A stretch of DNA of 64,000 nt from an uncultured Gemmatimonadales bacterium (GCA_963701965.1 OY969695.1:96001-160000); one strand, 5' to 3'; numbered from the stretch's first letter, positions 12,010 through 23,535 are shown. Notes: generated by a model not told the origin, from the sequence alone. Translations and numbers: made by a program.

Positions 12010-12947
12010 ATGAACCCGGCGTTCTCGGTCGTCGCCTTCACGACGCTCGCCGGCGCCGCGCAGGGCCTGGTCGTCGCGCTCGCCCTCGCCGTGCTGGCGC
12101 GGCTGCCGATGGCGCCGGCGTTTCTCGCGCACGGTCTCGTCGTTGCAATCGTTCTGCTCGGTGCCGCGCTGGCGGCGTCGTTCCTGCACCTCGGCCGGCC
12201 GGAGCGCGCCTGGCGTGCGGCGACGATGTGGCGCACCTCGTGGCTGTCGCGCGAGGTGATCGTGCTGCCGACGTTCATCGCTCTCGTCGCGCTGTGGTGG
12301 CTGGTGCTGGCGCCGGCAGCGCCGCAGGCCGTGACCGACGCTGCTCCTGCCGCTCGCCGCGATCGCCGTCGCGATCCTGCTCTGGTACTGCACGGCGATG
12401 ATCTACGCCTGCCTGCGCTTCATCGAGGAATGGGCGCAGCCGCTCACCGTCGTCAACTTCGTCCTGCTCGGACTCGCGTCGGGTTTCGTTCTCGCCAGCG
12501 CGCTCGCCGCGCTCGCCGACGCGCGCGCGTTCCTCGCCGTGAGCGGGCCGGCGGCGGTCGTCGTGACGCTGGTCGCATGGGCGACGCGAATGGCGGCGTT
12601 GCGCCGCAATGCCGCGATCCGCCATCGCTCGACGCTGCAGAGCGCGACCGGCATCCGCGCGGCGCGGCTGGTGCAGACGTCGATGGGCATGTCGGCGGGA
12701 TCGTTCAACACGCGCGAGTTCTTCCACCGCGCATCGCTGCTGGCGATGCGGCGCGTCAGGCTGGCGGTGATCGTGCTCGCGTTCGCCGGGCCCGCTCGCG
12801 CTCATGCTGCTCGCCTGGACGACGGCATCGTCGTCGCTCTGGGTCGTCGCCGCGCTGCTGCAGGCGCCGGGGCTGCTCGCCGACCGCTGGTACTTCTTCG
12901 CCCAGGCGAAGCACCCGCAGAACCTGTACTACCAGGTCGTCTCGTAG
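12010..12947 (+). CDS. soeC: DmsC/NrfD-like membrane anchor SoeC (frameshifted)
   Basis: MNPAFSVVAFTT, HLGRPERAWRA..WRTSWLSRE, C-terminal RWYFFAQAKHPQNLYYQ. Confidence 0.85.
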
Positions 12948-13106
12948 ATCTTCGATGCTTCATGCCGGATCGTTGTCGGCGGCGACGACGTGCAATCCTA
13001 GCCGCGACGCGCGGCCGCGGCGGCTCCGGTCGATGGGATACTTCGGCGCCGTGATCCGCATTTTTTCCGGCTCGTTTCCTCATCCTTCGAACCTGGAGTT
13101 TCCCGA

Positions 13107-14329
13107 ATGACCGAACTTCTGCCCTCGCTCCGCAGACGTCAGCTTCTCGCCGGCAGTGCCGGCGCCCTGGCCGGCACCGGCCTGATCGGCCTCGCCGCGG
13201 ACGCCGCGGCGCAGGCGTCGGCACCTGCGGCGACGACGCCGCGGGCGCTTCCGGCCTATGTCGGCTGGAAGGATGGCGACGCGGTCATCGTCCACAACCC
13301 GAACGAGCTCGAGACCAAGCGAAGCGCGTTCGGCAGCAGCGCCATCACGTCGAGCGACCGTCTCTACGTGCGCAACAACGTCACCCCGCCCAATCCGTCG
13401 ATCCTCGCCGACCGCGAAGGCTGGCAGGTCGCGATCGACGGCGTTCGCAATCCGCGCACCTTCTCGGTCGCCGAATTGAAAACCATCGGCATCGAGACGA
13501 TCGCGACGGTCCTGCAATGTTCCGGCAACGGCCGCGCGTTCTTTCCGCACAAGCCGAGCGGCGCGAAGTGGACCGTCGGCGCATCGGGTTGCGTCATCTG
13601 GAGCGGCGTTCCGGTGCGCTATGTCGTCGAGGCGCTGGGCGGACGCTGCGCCGGGAATGCGCTACCTCACCGGCACCGGCGGCGAAACATTCCCCGCCGG
13701 CATCGACCCGCTGACGGTGATGGTCGAGCGCTCGCTGCCGATCGAAGTCTTGAACGACGCGGTCCTTGCCTGGGAGATGAACGGCGAGCCGATCTCGCTC
13801 GCCCACGGCGGCCCGCTGCGTCTCATCGTCCCGGGCTATCAGGGCGTCAACAACATCAAATACGTCAAGCACGTCGCACTGACCGCGGCCGAATCGTCGG
13901 CGGCGATCCAGAAGACGCGCTACCGGCTGAACGCGATCGGCACCGAAGCCTAGCCCGGCCGATCCGTCCGTGCTCGCCATGTCGGTGAAGTCGTTCGTCA
14001 CTTCGCCGAGCGGCGGCGAGCCGGTCAAGGCCGGCGTCGTGTACGTCACCGGCGTGGCGTTCTCGGGCGGCACGCCGATCAAGCGCGTCGAAGTGTCGAG
14101 CGATGGCGGCAAGAACTGGGTCGACGCTCCCTTCATCGGCCCCGACCTCGGCCGCTTCGCCTGGCGCCAGTTCGCGGTGCCGCTGCGCATGGCCGCGGGC
14201 AGCTACGTCGTGACCAGCCGGGCGACCGACGCCAGCGGCCGCGTCCAGCCCGAGCAGCGCAGCGAAAACGCCGGCGGCTACGCCAACACCAGCTGGGCCG
14301 ATCACGCCGTCAAGGTGATCGTCGCCTGA
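13107..14329 (+). CDS. Periplasmic sulfite dehydrogenase, sulfite-oxidase-family Mo subunit (SorT/SorA-like; frameshifted)
   Basis: Tat motif LRRRQLL; YVRNN, VLQCSGNGR (Mo-ligand Cys), HGGPLRLIVPG, dimerisation domain VEVSSDGGKNW..SRATD. Confidence 0.88.
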
Positions 14330-14330
14330 G

Positions 14331-14687
14331 GTGTGGCGCCTTCTCGTCCGCGCCGGCATCTGCGCCGCGGTCGCGGGCCTCGCCGGTCTTGCGCCGCTTT
14401 CCGCTGCCGCACAAGCGGCGGGCGGTGACGCGCAACTCGCCGAAGGCCGCGCCCTCTTCGTTGGCGGCGCGACGCCGGCATGCGCGATTTGCCATACCTT
14501 GAAGGACGCCGGCGCGACCGGCAGCGTCGGACCGGTGCTCGATGAGCTGCGGCCCGACGAAGACCGTGTCGCTGCCGCGGTCCGCGGCGGCATCGGCGCG
14601 ATGCCTTCCTTTTCGGCTTCCCTGACCGCGGCGCAGATCCGCGCGCTCGCACGCTACGTCGCGAAGGCGAGCGGAGGCGCTCGCTAG
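14331..14687 (+). CDS. Monoheme cytochrome c, SorU/SorB-like partner
   Basis: Signal peptide, CAICH heme motif, GAMPSF distal Met. Confidence 0.88.
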   Translation: MWRLLVRAGICAAVAGLAGLAPLSAAAQAAGGDAQLAEGRALFVGGATPACAICHTLKDAGATGSVGPVLDELRPDEDRVAAAVRGGIGAMPSFSASLTAAQIRALARYVAKASGGAR

Positions 14688-14742
14688 CCGAGCGACTCCG
14701 ACCTGGCCTCTGCGCCGCCGCACGCCGCGATAATCGCGACCA

Positions 14743-16562
14743 GTGAACCAGCTTGCCGCGCGCGTCTTCGGGCTCTGGGTTCGCCGCGTCGACCGGGCGA
14801 CGCTGCGCGCCGATGCCATCGCCGGGATGCTCGGCGCCTTGCTCGTCCTGCCGCAAGGCTTCGCCTTCGCCACCCTGGCCGGTCTGCCACCTGAGTACGG
14901 GCTCTACACGGCGATCGTTCCGTGCGTCGTCGCTGCGCTCTTCGGCTCGAGCTGGCACGTCGTCTCGGGACCGACCAACGCCAATTCGCTCGCCCTGTTC
15001 GCGACTCTCGCGCCGCTCGCCGTGGTCGGCTCGCCGGCCTACATCGCGCTCGCCCTCACGGTCACCGTGCTCGTCGGCGCGATGCAGCTCCTGATCGGCC
15101 TGCTGCGCCTCGGCTCGCTCGCCAACTTCATCTCGCCGGCAGCGCTGCGCGGCTTCACGAGCGGCGCCGCGGCGCTGATCGCGCTCTATTCGCTGCCCGA
15201 GCTGCTCGGGCTCGGCAGCGCCTTCGGCGCATCGGCTTGGCACCCTGGCGACGCATCTCGCTGCGAACATCGGCAGCACGCAATGGCCTGCGCTCGCGGT
15301 CGGCCTGTTCACGATCTTCGCCGCGCTGTTGCTCAAGCGACTGGCACCGCGCTCGCCGTCGATGCTGCTCGCGCTTGCCGCCGCCAGCGCGCTCGCGTTC
15401 GCGCTCGACCGCTGGTGGCTCGGTTCCGGCGAGCAGGTCAAGATCGTCGGGCCGATCCCGTCGATCTGGCCGCGCTTCGCGCTGCCCGCGGTCGACCTGC
15501 GCACGCTGCCCGATCTGGTCGGCATCGCCTTCGCGCTCACGATCGTCGCCCTGGGCCAGTCGATCTCGATCGCCAAGGCGATCGCCGAGCGCTCGGGCCA
15601 GCACATCGACGCCAACCGCGAGTTCCGCGGCCAGGGCCTGTCGAACATCGTCGGCGGCATGTTCTCGTCGTACGTCTCGTGCGGCTCGCTCAACCGCTCG
15701 CTGCCGAACCTCGAGGCCGGGGCACGAACGCCGCTCGCCGCCGTGTTCGCGTCGCTCTGGCTGCTCGCCCTGGCGGCGCTCAGCGCGCCGCTGCTGGCGC
15801 TGATTCCGCTGCCGGCGATCGCCGCCTTGCTGCTGCTGATCTCGTGGTCGCTGTTCGACCTCGCGAGCTGGCAGCGCCTCTGGCGCTTCAGCCGCCAGGA
15901 CTTCGCCGTCGCCGCCGCGACCTTCGTCGCGACGGTCTCGATCCGGCTCGAGGTGGCGATCCTGCTCGGCACGATCCTCTCGCTCGTGACCTACCTGCAT
16001 CGGACGTCGAAGCCGGCGATCCGGATCATGGGCTTCGACAGCGTCGCCGCGGCGCGGCCGTTCGTCGTCCGTGCCGACGTGCCCGACGCCGCTGCCCGAA
16101 TGTCCGCAACTGAAGATGATCCGGATGGAAGGCGAGGTCTACTTCGGCGCGGTCTCGCACGTCGGCGACCTGCTGCGCGACCTGCGCGCGCCGGCCGCCG
16201 CGCCCAGGCATCTGCTGGTGATGGCCAAGAGCATGAACTTCATCGACCTGGCCGCGGCCGAGATGTGGCGCGCCGAGCTGCTGACGCGGCGCGCCATCGG
16301 CGGCGACCTCTATTTCCACCGGCCGCGCGCGCCGGTGCTCGAGCTCTGGCAGCGGATCGGCTTCATGAACGAGCTCGGCGCGGACCACATCTTCCCGGCC
16401 AAGCGCGTCGCCATCGCCACCATCTTCGACCGCCTCGACCGCGGCATCTGCGCCCACTGCACGATCCGCGTCTTCGAAGAGTGCCAGGCGCTGCCGCCGC
16501 CGATCGACGACGCGGCAAGCGCTGCGTCGCCCGGGTCGCGCGCGCCCGTGCCGGCGCCCTGA
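14743..16562 (+). CDS. SulP family anion (sulfate) transporter with STAS domain (frameshifted)
   Basis: LPQGFAFATLAGLPPEYGLY, SGPT, DANREFRGQGLSN, STAS region EGEVYFGAV..MNFID. Confidence 0.9.
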
Positions 16563-16653
16563 GGGCCGCGAGAAATCCACAGTTTTGTGGGTGACGCGGC
16601 GTTCGCGCTGGCGTCTGATCGCTTGTCGCAGACAAGATCCGAAGGAGCCCGTC

Positions 16654-16914
16654 ATGGAAGCGAATTCACGTCGAACCTCAGAGTCGCGCCGGACCAGTGC
16701 CGCCGTCGCGATCGCGCTCGTTGCGGCGACGGTTACTGCCGGGGTCGCGTTCGGCCATCACCCGCAAGCCGGAATGGCGCTGCATAGCGCGGCCGCCGTC
16801 GTACCGGCGCCGGCGGCGGCCGATGCGCCGATCCACGATCCGTCGCTTCCGGATGCGGCGGAGATGCACGCAGATCCGCGTGCGACCGCGGAGGACTCGA
16901 CGCCGACGTTCTGA
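16654..16914 (+). CDS. Small hypothetical exported/membrane-anchored protein (86 aa)
   Basis: AAGGAG SD; hydrophobic stretch AAVAIALVAATVTAGVAF; ends DPSLPDA...TPTF. Confidence 0.6.
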   Translation: MEANSRRTSESRRTSAAVAIALVAATVTAGVAFGHHPQAGMALHSAAAVVPAPAAADAPIHDPSLPDAAEMHADPRATAEDSTPTF

Positions 16915-16920
16915 GACGTC

Positions 16921-16955
16921 GGCGCGCCGGATCGGCGCGACCGATCCGGCGCGCC
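16921..16955. terminator. Perfect 15-bp GC hairpin just downstream of the small gene (terminator or 3' stabiliser, no U-tract)
   Basis: ggcgcgccggatcgg-cgcga-ccgatccggcgcgcc. Confidence 0.55.
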
Positions 16956-16990
16956 CGGCATCTGCGCGGCAGAATCGCCGGCCAGAGGCC

Positions 16991-17479
16991 ATGGCGAAGA
17001 AGAACGCGCACGTCAGCGAGACCCCGGCGACGCAATCGCTGCGCCGCGCCGGCGTCGCCTTCAGCGAGCACATCTACGACTACGTCGCGCACGGCGGCAC
17101 GGCCGAGTCGGCGCGCCAGCTCGGCGTCGACGAGCACGCGGTGGTGAAGACGCTCGTCATGCAGAACGAGAAGGGCGAGCCGCTGATCGTGCTGATGCAC
17201 GGCGACAAGGAGGTGAGCACGAAGAGCCTGGCGCGCGCGATCGGCACCAAGAGCGTCGCGCCGTGCACGCCCGAGGCGGCCGAGCGCGCGAGCGGCTACC
17301 AGGTCGGCGGCACCTCGCCGTTCGCGACCCGCAAGGCGATGCCGGTGTATGTCGAGGCGACGATCCTCGAACTCGATCGGATCTGCATCAACGGCGGCCG
17401 GCGCGGCTATCTGATCGGCATCGCGCCGCGCGTCCTGACGGAGCAGTTGCGCGCGACGCCGGTGGCATGCGCGCTCTGA
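16991..17479 (+). CDS. ybaK: Cys-tRNA(Pro) deacylase YbaK/EbsC
   Basis: TPAT, VVKTLV, GYQVGGTSPF, INGGRRG. Confidence 0.9.
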   Translation: MAKKNAHVSETPATQSLRRAGVAFSEHIYDYVAHGGTAESARQLGVDEHAVVKTLVMQNEKGEPLIVLMHGDKEVSTKSLARAIGTKSVAPCTPEAAERASGYQVGGTSPFATRKAMPVYVEATILELDRICINGGRRGYLIGIAPRVLTEQLRATPVACAL

Positions 17480-17530
17480 GCCGGCCGGGCGCAGAATCGA
17501 TCGTCTTCGCCATCGGACCCGCATCGAACG

Positions 17531-18187
17531 ATGAACTATCTGCTGCCGCTCGTCGCCGTGGTCGCGAGCTACCTCGTCGGCTCGCTGTCGTTCGCCGTCA
17601 TCGTCAGCCGCCTGATGGGGCTGAGCGACCCGCGCACCTACGGCTCGGGCAACCCGGGCGCGACCAACGTGCTGCGCACGGGCAACAAGGCGGCGGCGAT
17701 CCTCACGCTCGTGCTCGATGCGCTCAAGGGCTGGCTGCCGGTGGCGCTGGTGGTTCGCTTCGGCCCCGCTTACGGCCTCGGCGAATGGACGATCGCCGGG
17801 GTCGCGCTCGCCGCCTTCCTCGGCCACCTCTGGCCGGTGTTCTTCAGGTTCAAGGGCGGCAAGGGCGTCGCCACGGCGGCCGGGGCGCTGTTCGGCATCG
17901 ACCCGCTGCTCGGCGCGGCGACGCTGGCGACCTGGCTCGTCATCGCCGCGTTCTTCCGCTACTCGTCGCTCGCCTCGATCGTCGCCGCGCTGTTCGCGCC
18001 GTTCTGGTACCTGCTCACCGAGGGCCCGGACGCGATCGCGATGGCGGTGTTCGTGATGGGCGTGCTCCTGGTCTGGCGCCACAGCGCCAACATCAAGCGA
18101 CTGTTCGCCGGCACCGAGAGCCGGCTCGGCAAGAAGGCCGGCGCCGCGCCGCTGCGCGCCAAGGGCCGCCGCGCCGCGCGCCACTGA
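17531..18187 (+). CDS. plsY: Glycerol-3-phosphate acyltransferase PlsY
   Basis: [39 protein letters not shown]. Confidence 0.96.
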   Translation: MNYLLPLVAVVASYLVGSLSFAVIVSRLMGLSDPRTYGSGNPGATNVLRTGNKAAAILTLVLDALKGWLPVALVVRFGPAYGLGEWTIAGVALAAFLGHLWPVFFRFKGGKGVATAAGALFGIDPLLGAATLATWLVIAAFFRYSSLASIVAALFAPFWYLLTEGPDAIAMAVFVMGVLLVWRHSANIKRLFAGTESRLGKKAGAAPLRAKGRRAARH

Positions 18188-18209
18188 GCGCGCGCCATCG
18201 CGCGCGGCT

Positions 18210-19468
18210 TTAGTAGGCGAGGCCCATCGCCTGGCGCACGTCCTTCATCGTCTCGCGCGCCACCGTTCGCGCCCGCTCGGTGCCGACCTCGACGATCCAG
18301 TGCACCCGCTTCGGGTTCGTCAGGTACGGCTCGGCGCGCTCGCGCCACGGCGCCTGCTCCTTCAGGATCGCCTCGATCACCGGCTGCTTGCAGTCGAGGC
18401 AGCCGATCGCCGCGGTAGTGCAGCCGTGCACGACCCAGGCCTTGGTCTCGGCGTCCGAGTAGACCTGGTGGAACTGCCAGACCGGGCACTTCTCGGGGTT
18501 GCCGGGATCGCTGCGGTGCACGCGCGCCGGGTCGGTCGGCATGCGCCGGATCTTCTTCGTGACCTCGGCCGGCTCCTCGCGCATCGCGATCGCGTTGCCG
18601 TAGCTCTTGCTCATCTTCTCGCCGTCGAGGCCGACCAGCTTCGAGGTCTCGGTCAGGAGCACCTCGGGCTCGACCAGGATCGTCTTGCCACTGCCGCGCA
18701 GATAGCCTTCGAGGTGCTCGCGATCGCTCGCGCTGAGCGCGCCGCTGGCCGCGACGATCGCCCGGCCGCGCTCGAGCAGCGCGACGTCGCCGCCCTCGCG
18801 GTAGGCGTGGCGCGCCGCCTCGAACTCGCGCGCGCGGTCCTTGCCCATCTTCTTCGCGGCGGCGCGCGCGCGCTCCTCGAAGTCGGGCTCGCGGCCGTAG
18901 AGATGGTTGAAGCGGCGCGCGACCTCGCGCGTGATCTCGACGTGCGGCGCCTGGTCGACGCCGACCGGAACGAACTGCGCGCGGTAGATCAGGATGTCGG
19001 CCGCCTGCAGCAGCGGGTAGCCGAGGAAGCCATAGGTCGCGAGGTCGCGTTCCTTGAGCTTTTCGATCTGGTCCTTGTAGGTCGGCATGCGCTCGAGCCA
19101 GCTGAGCGGCGTTCCCATCGCCAGCAGCGTGAACAGCTCGGCGTGCTCGGGCAGGCGGCTCTGGATGAAGAGCGTCACCTTGTCGGGGTCGATGCCGGCG
19201 GCGAGCCAGTCGGTCACCATCTCGTAGACCGAGGTCTCGATCACCTCGCGCTCTTCGTAGTGCGTCGTCAGCGCATGCCAGTCGGCGGCGAAGTAGAAGC
19301 ACTCGTACTGGTCCTGCAGGCGGACCCAGTTCTTGAGCGCGCCGTGCCAGTGGCCGATGTGCATCGCGCCGGTCGGGCGCATGCCGGAGAGAACGGGCGC
19401 GGGGCGTTGCGGCGGCGCTCGGCGCCGGCAGGCGCGGCGTCGCTCGGCGGGACGGGAAGATCGCTCAT
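18210..19468 (-). CDS. trpS: Tryptophan--tRNA ligase (frameshift near the N-terminus)
   Basis: VLSGMRPTG..HIGH, YPLLQAADIL, KMSKS. Confidence 0.96.
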
Positions 19469-19539
19469 CTGCGCGGGGCCGGCAAAAGGCGCTGATTGTA
19501 GGTTTGCGCCCGCTCGGCGCCGATACACTTCGGCCGCCG

Positions 19540-20184
19540 ATGAAGAACATCGTCATCCTCATCTCGGGCCGCGGCTCGAACATGGAAGCGATCGTGCGGG
19601 CGTGCACGAGCGAAGGCTGGGACGCGCGCGTCGCGGCGGTGGTGAGCAACCGCGGCGATGCTGCCGGTCTGGCATTCGCGCGCGAGCATGGCATCGCCAC
19701 CGAGGTGGTCGAGCACCGCGCCTTCGCGAGCCGCGACGCGTTCGACGCCGAGCTCGCGCGGCGGATCGAGGCGCATTCGGCCGACATCGTCGCGCTCGCC
19801 GGCTTCATGCGAATCGTCGGTGCCGACTTCGTGCGTCGCTTCGAAGGCCGGCTGGTCAACATCCATCCCTCGCTCCTGCCGGCGTTCCCGGGCCTCGAGA
19901 CGCACCGGCGCGCGCTCGCGGCCGGCTGCAAGGTGGCCGGCGCGAGCGTCCATTTCGTCACCACCGAGCTCGACCACGGACCGATCATCGGCCAGGCGAT
20001 CGTTCCGGTCCTGGCCGACGACAGCGAAGGATCGCTCGCCGAGCGCGTGCTCGCCGAGGAGCACCGGCTCTATCCGCTGGCGATCCGCTGGCTGGTCGAC
20101 GAACAACTGGTCTGTCGCGACGGCGTCGTTCACCACCTCGACGGCGAGCCGCAATTGCTGGCCGACGCCGGCCGCCGACGCTAG
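19540..20184 (+). CDS. purN: Phosphoribosylglycinamide formyltransferase
   Basis: ILISGRGSNM, LAGFMRI, NIHPSLLP, LDHGPII. Confidence 0.96.
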   Translation: MKNIVILISGRGSNMEAIVRACTSEGWDARVAAVVSNRGDAAGLAFAREHGIATEVVEHRAFASRDAFDAELARRIEAHSADIVALAGFMRIVGADFVRRFEGRLVNIHPSLLPAFPGLETHRRALAAGCKVAGASVHFVTTELDHGPIIGQAIVPVLADDSEGSLAERVLAEEHRLYPLAIRWLVDEQLVCRDGVVHHLDGEPQLLADAGRRR

Positions 20185-20834
20185 AGGAAGCTCGCGGCGG
20201 CGTTGATCGCGAACGCCAGGATCGTCGTGTTGAAGACGAACGACAGCACCGACTGGCCGAGCACGAGGCGGCGCATCGCGCGCGAGGTGACGCCGACGTC
20301 GGACGTCTGCGCCGTCACCGCGATGGTGAAGGAGAAGTAGAGAAAGTCGGTGTGGTCGGGCTCGAACTTCGGCGTCGCGCCGGGGAAGGCGAGACCGCAG
20401 TCGGGCTCGGCGCCGTAGTACGCGCTGGCGTAGGTCAGGCCGAACAGCATCGGCAGCAGCAGCCACGAGCCGATCACCGTGACGAAGCCGAAGACGGCGT
20501 GCGGCAGCATGTGCTGCGGTCCGGCGGCCTTGGCGCTGATCAGCTCGAAGATGACCGCCACCAGGCTCATCACGACGGCGACGACGACGATCGCGAGCAC
20601 GACCGGCGCGCTTTCGGCCTGGGCCAGCGCCAGGCGCTTGATGTGACCCGAATCGGCGAGCATCAGCGTGATCCCGACCCACACGAGGTAGACCCAGATC
20701 AAGGCGTTCCAGCCGAGCAGCGCGCGCGTCAGCAGCGAGTCGACGCCGGGCCATGCCATGGCGACGATGACGCCCACGATCGCACTGACCAGGAGACGCT
20801 GGTGCGCGAGCAGGTGGGTGGTTGGCATCGGCAT
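20181..20834 (-). CDS. DUF1345 domain membrane protein
   Basis: GLAFPG..PDHTDFLYFSFTIAVTAQTSDV, SVLSFVFNTTILA. Confidence 0.88.
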   Translation of the reverse strand: MPMPTTHLLAHQRLLVSAIVGVIVAMAWPGVDSLLTRALLGWNALIWVYLVWVGITLMLADSGHIKRLALAQAESAPVVLAIVVVAVVMSLVAVIFELISAKAAGPQHMLPHAVFGFVTVIGSWLLLPMLFGLTYASAYYGAEPDCGLAFPGATPKFEPDHTDFLYFSFTIAVTAQTSDVGVTSRAMRRLVLGQSVLSFVFNTTILAFAINAAASFL

Positions 20835-20920
20835 CGGCCTCGGTGCGGGACAGGGGGCGGGCAAGCGCTCGCGGCGCGTCGCCGGGATGGCGCGCCAATC
20901 CGCCTAGGATAATCGCGGCG

Positions 20921-22193
20921 ATGCCACCGACCGCCTTGCTCGAGGCCGCCACCGAGCTCGCGCACCGCGTGTTGCGCTTCGAGCATCCGGCCGACCGCGT
21001 CGTCGCCGATTTCTTTCGCGAGCAGCGCTCGCTCGGCTCGCGCGAGCGCCATGTGCTCACCGACGGCGTCTTCGCGCTGCTGCGCAAGCTCCCCTTGTTG
21101 CGCCATCTCGCGAACTCGGCCAACGGCGGCCGCGGCGAGATCGATCGGCGGCTGGCGATCCTTTCCTGGCAGGGCAACGCCGGCGTGCTGCGCGCTGCCC
21201 TCGACGAGCGCGAGCGTGCCTGGCTCGAGCGCTGCCAGGCGTTCGACCTCGAGGCGCTGCCCGAGCGCCTTCGCCACAACCTGCCCGACTGGCTCGCTGC
21301 AGCCGCTCGAGGCGCGTCTTGGCGCGGAGTTCTGGCCCTGGGTCACGGCGATCGACACGCCGGCGCCGCTCGACCTGCGCGTCAACGCGCTCAAGGCCGA
21401 CCGCGACGAGATCCTCGGCTCGGCTGCGCGAGGCAGGCATCGAGGCCGCGCCGACGCCGTACTCGCCGCTCGGCTTGCGCGTCGTCGGCAAGCCGGCACT
21501 GCAAAGGCTCGACATCTTCGCGCACGGCCTGGTCGAAGCGCAGGACGAAGGCAGCCAGCTCCTGGCCCTGATCACCGGTGCGAGGCGCGGCGAGATGGTG
21601 GTCGACTTCTGCGCCGGTGCCGGCGGCAAGACGCTCGCCCTCGGCGCGCAGATGCGAAATACCGGTCGCCTGTACGCGTTCGACATCTCCGGTCACCGGC
21701 TTGCGGCGCTGAAGCCGCGTCTGGCGCGCAGCGGCCTCGGCAATGTTCACCCGGCGCAGATCGCGCACGAGCGCGACGATCGCGTCAAGCGCCTGGCCGG
21801 CAAGGTCGACCGTGTCCTCGTCGACGCGCCGTGCAGCGGCACGGGCACGCTGCGGCGCCACCCCGACCTCAAGTGGCGCCAGTCAGCCGAGGGCGTCGCG
21901 GCCCTGGCGCCGAGCCAGCGCGCCATCCTGGGGGCCGCGGCAGCGGCTGGTGAAGCCCGGCGGGCGGCTGGTTTACGCCACCTGCAGCGTGCTCGATTCC
22001 GAAAACCAGGCGGTGGCCGGCGAGTTCGACGCGAGCCACGGCGCCGACTTCGTTCGCCTGCCCGCTTCTGCGGTCCTGGAGCGAGCCCATGTCGCGAACG
22101 CGGGGACGCTCGTCGCCGGCAACGACCTGCAACTGTGGAGTCATCGGCACGGAACGGACGGCTTCTTCGCCGCAGATCTGGGAGCGCCGTTGA
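20921..22193 (+). CDS. RsmB/NOP family SAM-dependent RNA m5C methyltransferase (frameshifted)
   Basis: QDEGSQL, DFCAGAGGKTL, VLVDAPCSGTG, VYATCS, HGTDGFF. Confidence 0.92.
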
Positions 22194-22314
22194 CCTGCCC
22201 CCTATCACGCCATATTTCGCTCCGGCGTGATATCCGTCGATTTCAAAGGGTATCTCCGGAGGCCGGTCGAATAGAATCGACGTCTTCTGTGTTACGAGTG
22301 CTAAAGGGCCCTGG

Positions 22315-23535
22315 ATGGACGTGCTGACCTCAGTTTTCAATGCGCTGCTCGACTGGCTGGGCCACGGCTTTTCGGGTTTTAGCGGCTGGGAGATCGTCGC
22401 CTACACGCTGGTCACGACTCACATCACGATCGCCGCGGTGACGATCTTCCTGCACCGCGCCCAGGCGCACCGCGCCCTCGATCTGCACGGCATTCCGGCG
22501 CATTTCTTCCGCTTCTGGCTCTGGCTCGGCTCGGGGATGGTCACCAAGGAATGGGTGGCGATTCACCGCAAGCATCACGCCAAGTGCGAGACCGAGGACG
22601 ATCCGCACAGCCCGCAGACGCGCGGCATCAAGACCGTCCTGCTGACCGGCAGCGAGCTCTATCGCACCGAAGCCAAGAACCAGCAAACCCTCGCCAAGTT
22701 CGGCCACGGCACGCCCGATGACTGGCTAGAGAGGAATCTCTACTCTCGCTATAGCTGGCAGGGCGTCGGCCTGATGCTGATTCTCGACGTGGCCCTGTTC
22801 GGTGCCATCGGCGCCACCGTTTGGGCGGTGCAGATGCTCTGGATCCCGATCACCGCCGCCGGCATCGTCAACGGCATCGGCCACTGGTGGGGCTATCGCA
22901 ACTTCGAGGCGCCCGATGCCAGCCGCAACGTCGTGCCCTGGGGCGTGATCATTGGCGGCGAAGAGCTGCACAACAACCACCACACCTATCCGACGTCGGC
23001 CAAGCTGTCGGTGAAGCCGTACGAGTTCGACATCGGCTGGGCCTACATCCGTGCCCTCGAGACGCTCGGCCTGGCGAAGGTCCGCAAGACGGCTCCCCAG
23101 CTCAAGCTCGGCGCCGTCCGTCCGGTCGCCGACGACAAGACGCTCGAGGCGTTGATCGCCAATCGCTACGAGGTGATGGCCAATTACGCGCGAAGCCTGC
23201 GCCGGGCCAGCCACGCCGAGGTGCAACGCCTGAAGGGCGAGGGCGAAGCGGCCAATCGGTTGGCCGAGATGCGGATCGCACGCCGCTGGCTGCACCGCGA
23301 CGACGACAAGATCCCGCACAGCGTCAAGGCGCAAATCGCCAGCGCGCTCGCGTCGAGCCCGTACCTCGCCAAGCTCGTAGCGATGCGCGAAGAGCTGCGA
23401 CTCCTGTGGACCCGTACCAACGTCTCGGCAGAGCAGCTGGTCGCAGACCTGCAGGCATGGCTGCGCAAGGCCGAGGAGAGCGGCATCGCCGCGCTGCAGG
23501 AATTCGCACTGCGCCTGCGAGCTGCCCACGCATAG
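22315..23535 (+). CDS. desA: Delta-9 fatty acid desaturase (DesA type)
   Basis: His boxes HRAQAH, HRKHH, HNNHH; helical C-terminal extension. Confidence 0.9.
   Translation: MDVLTSVFNALLDWLGHGFSGFSGWEIVAYTLVTTHITIAAVTIFLHRAQAHRALDLHGIPAHFFRFWLWLGSGMVTKEWVAIHRKHHAKCETEDDPHSPQTRGIKTVLLTGSELYRTEAKNQQTLAKFGHGTPDDWLERNLYSRYSWQGVGLMLILDVALFGAIGATVWAVQMLWIPITAAGIVNGIGHWWGYRNFEAPDASRNVVPWGVIIGGEELHNNHHTYPTSAKLSVKPYEFDIGWAYIRALETLGLAKVRKTAPQLKLGAVRPVADDKTLEALIANRYEVMANYARSLRRASHAEVQRLKGEGEAANRLAEMRIARRWLHRDDDKIPHSVKAQIASALASSPYLAKLVAMREELRLLWTRTNVSAEQLVADLQAWLRKAEESGIAALQEFALRLRAAHA

Noticed and set aside
8737..12393. Very long antisense ORFs (also 51483..54782, 41686..45375 in part, and many Arg/Ala-rich ORFs)
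   Set aside because: Shadow frames expected at this GC content; no recognisable motifs outside the real gene segments.
18680..18900. Helical insertion in TrpRS
   Set aside because: As far as I know this is a common feature of the about 400-aa proteobacterial TrpRS subtype.
23100..23535. DesA C-terminal domain sometimes labelled as a transposase
   Set aside because: It is a normal part of this desaturase type; no inverted repeats or catalytic transposase motifs.
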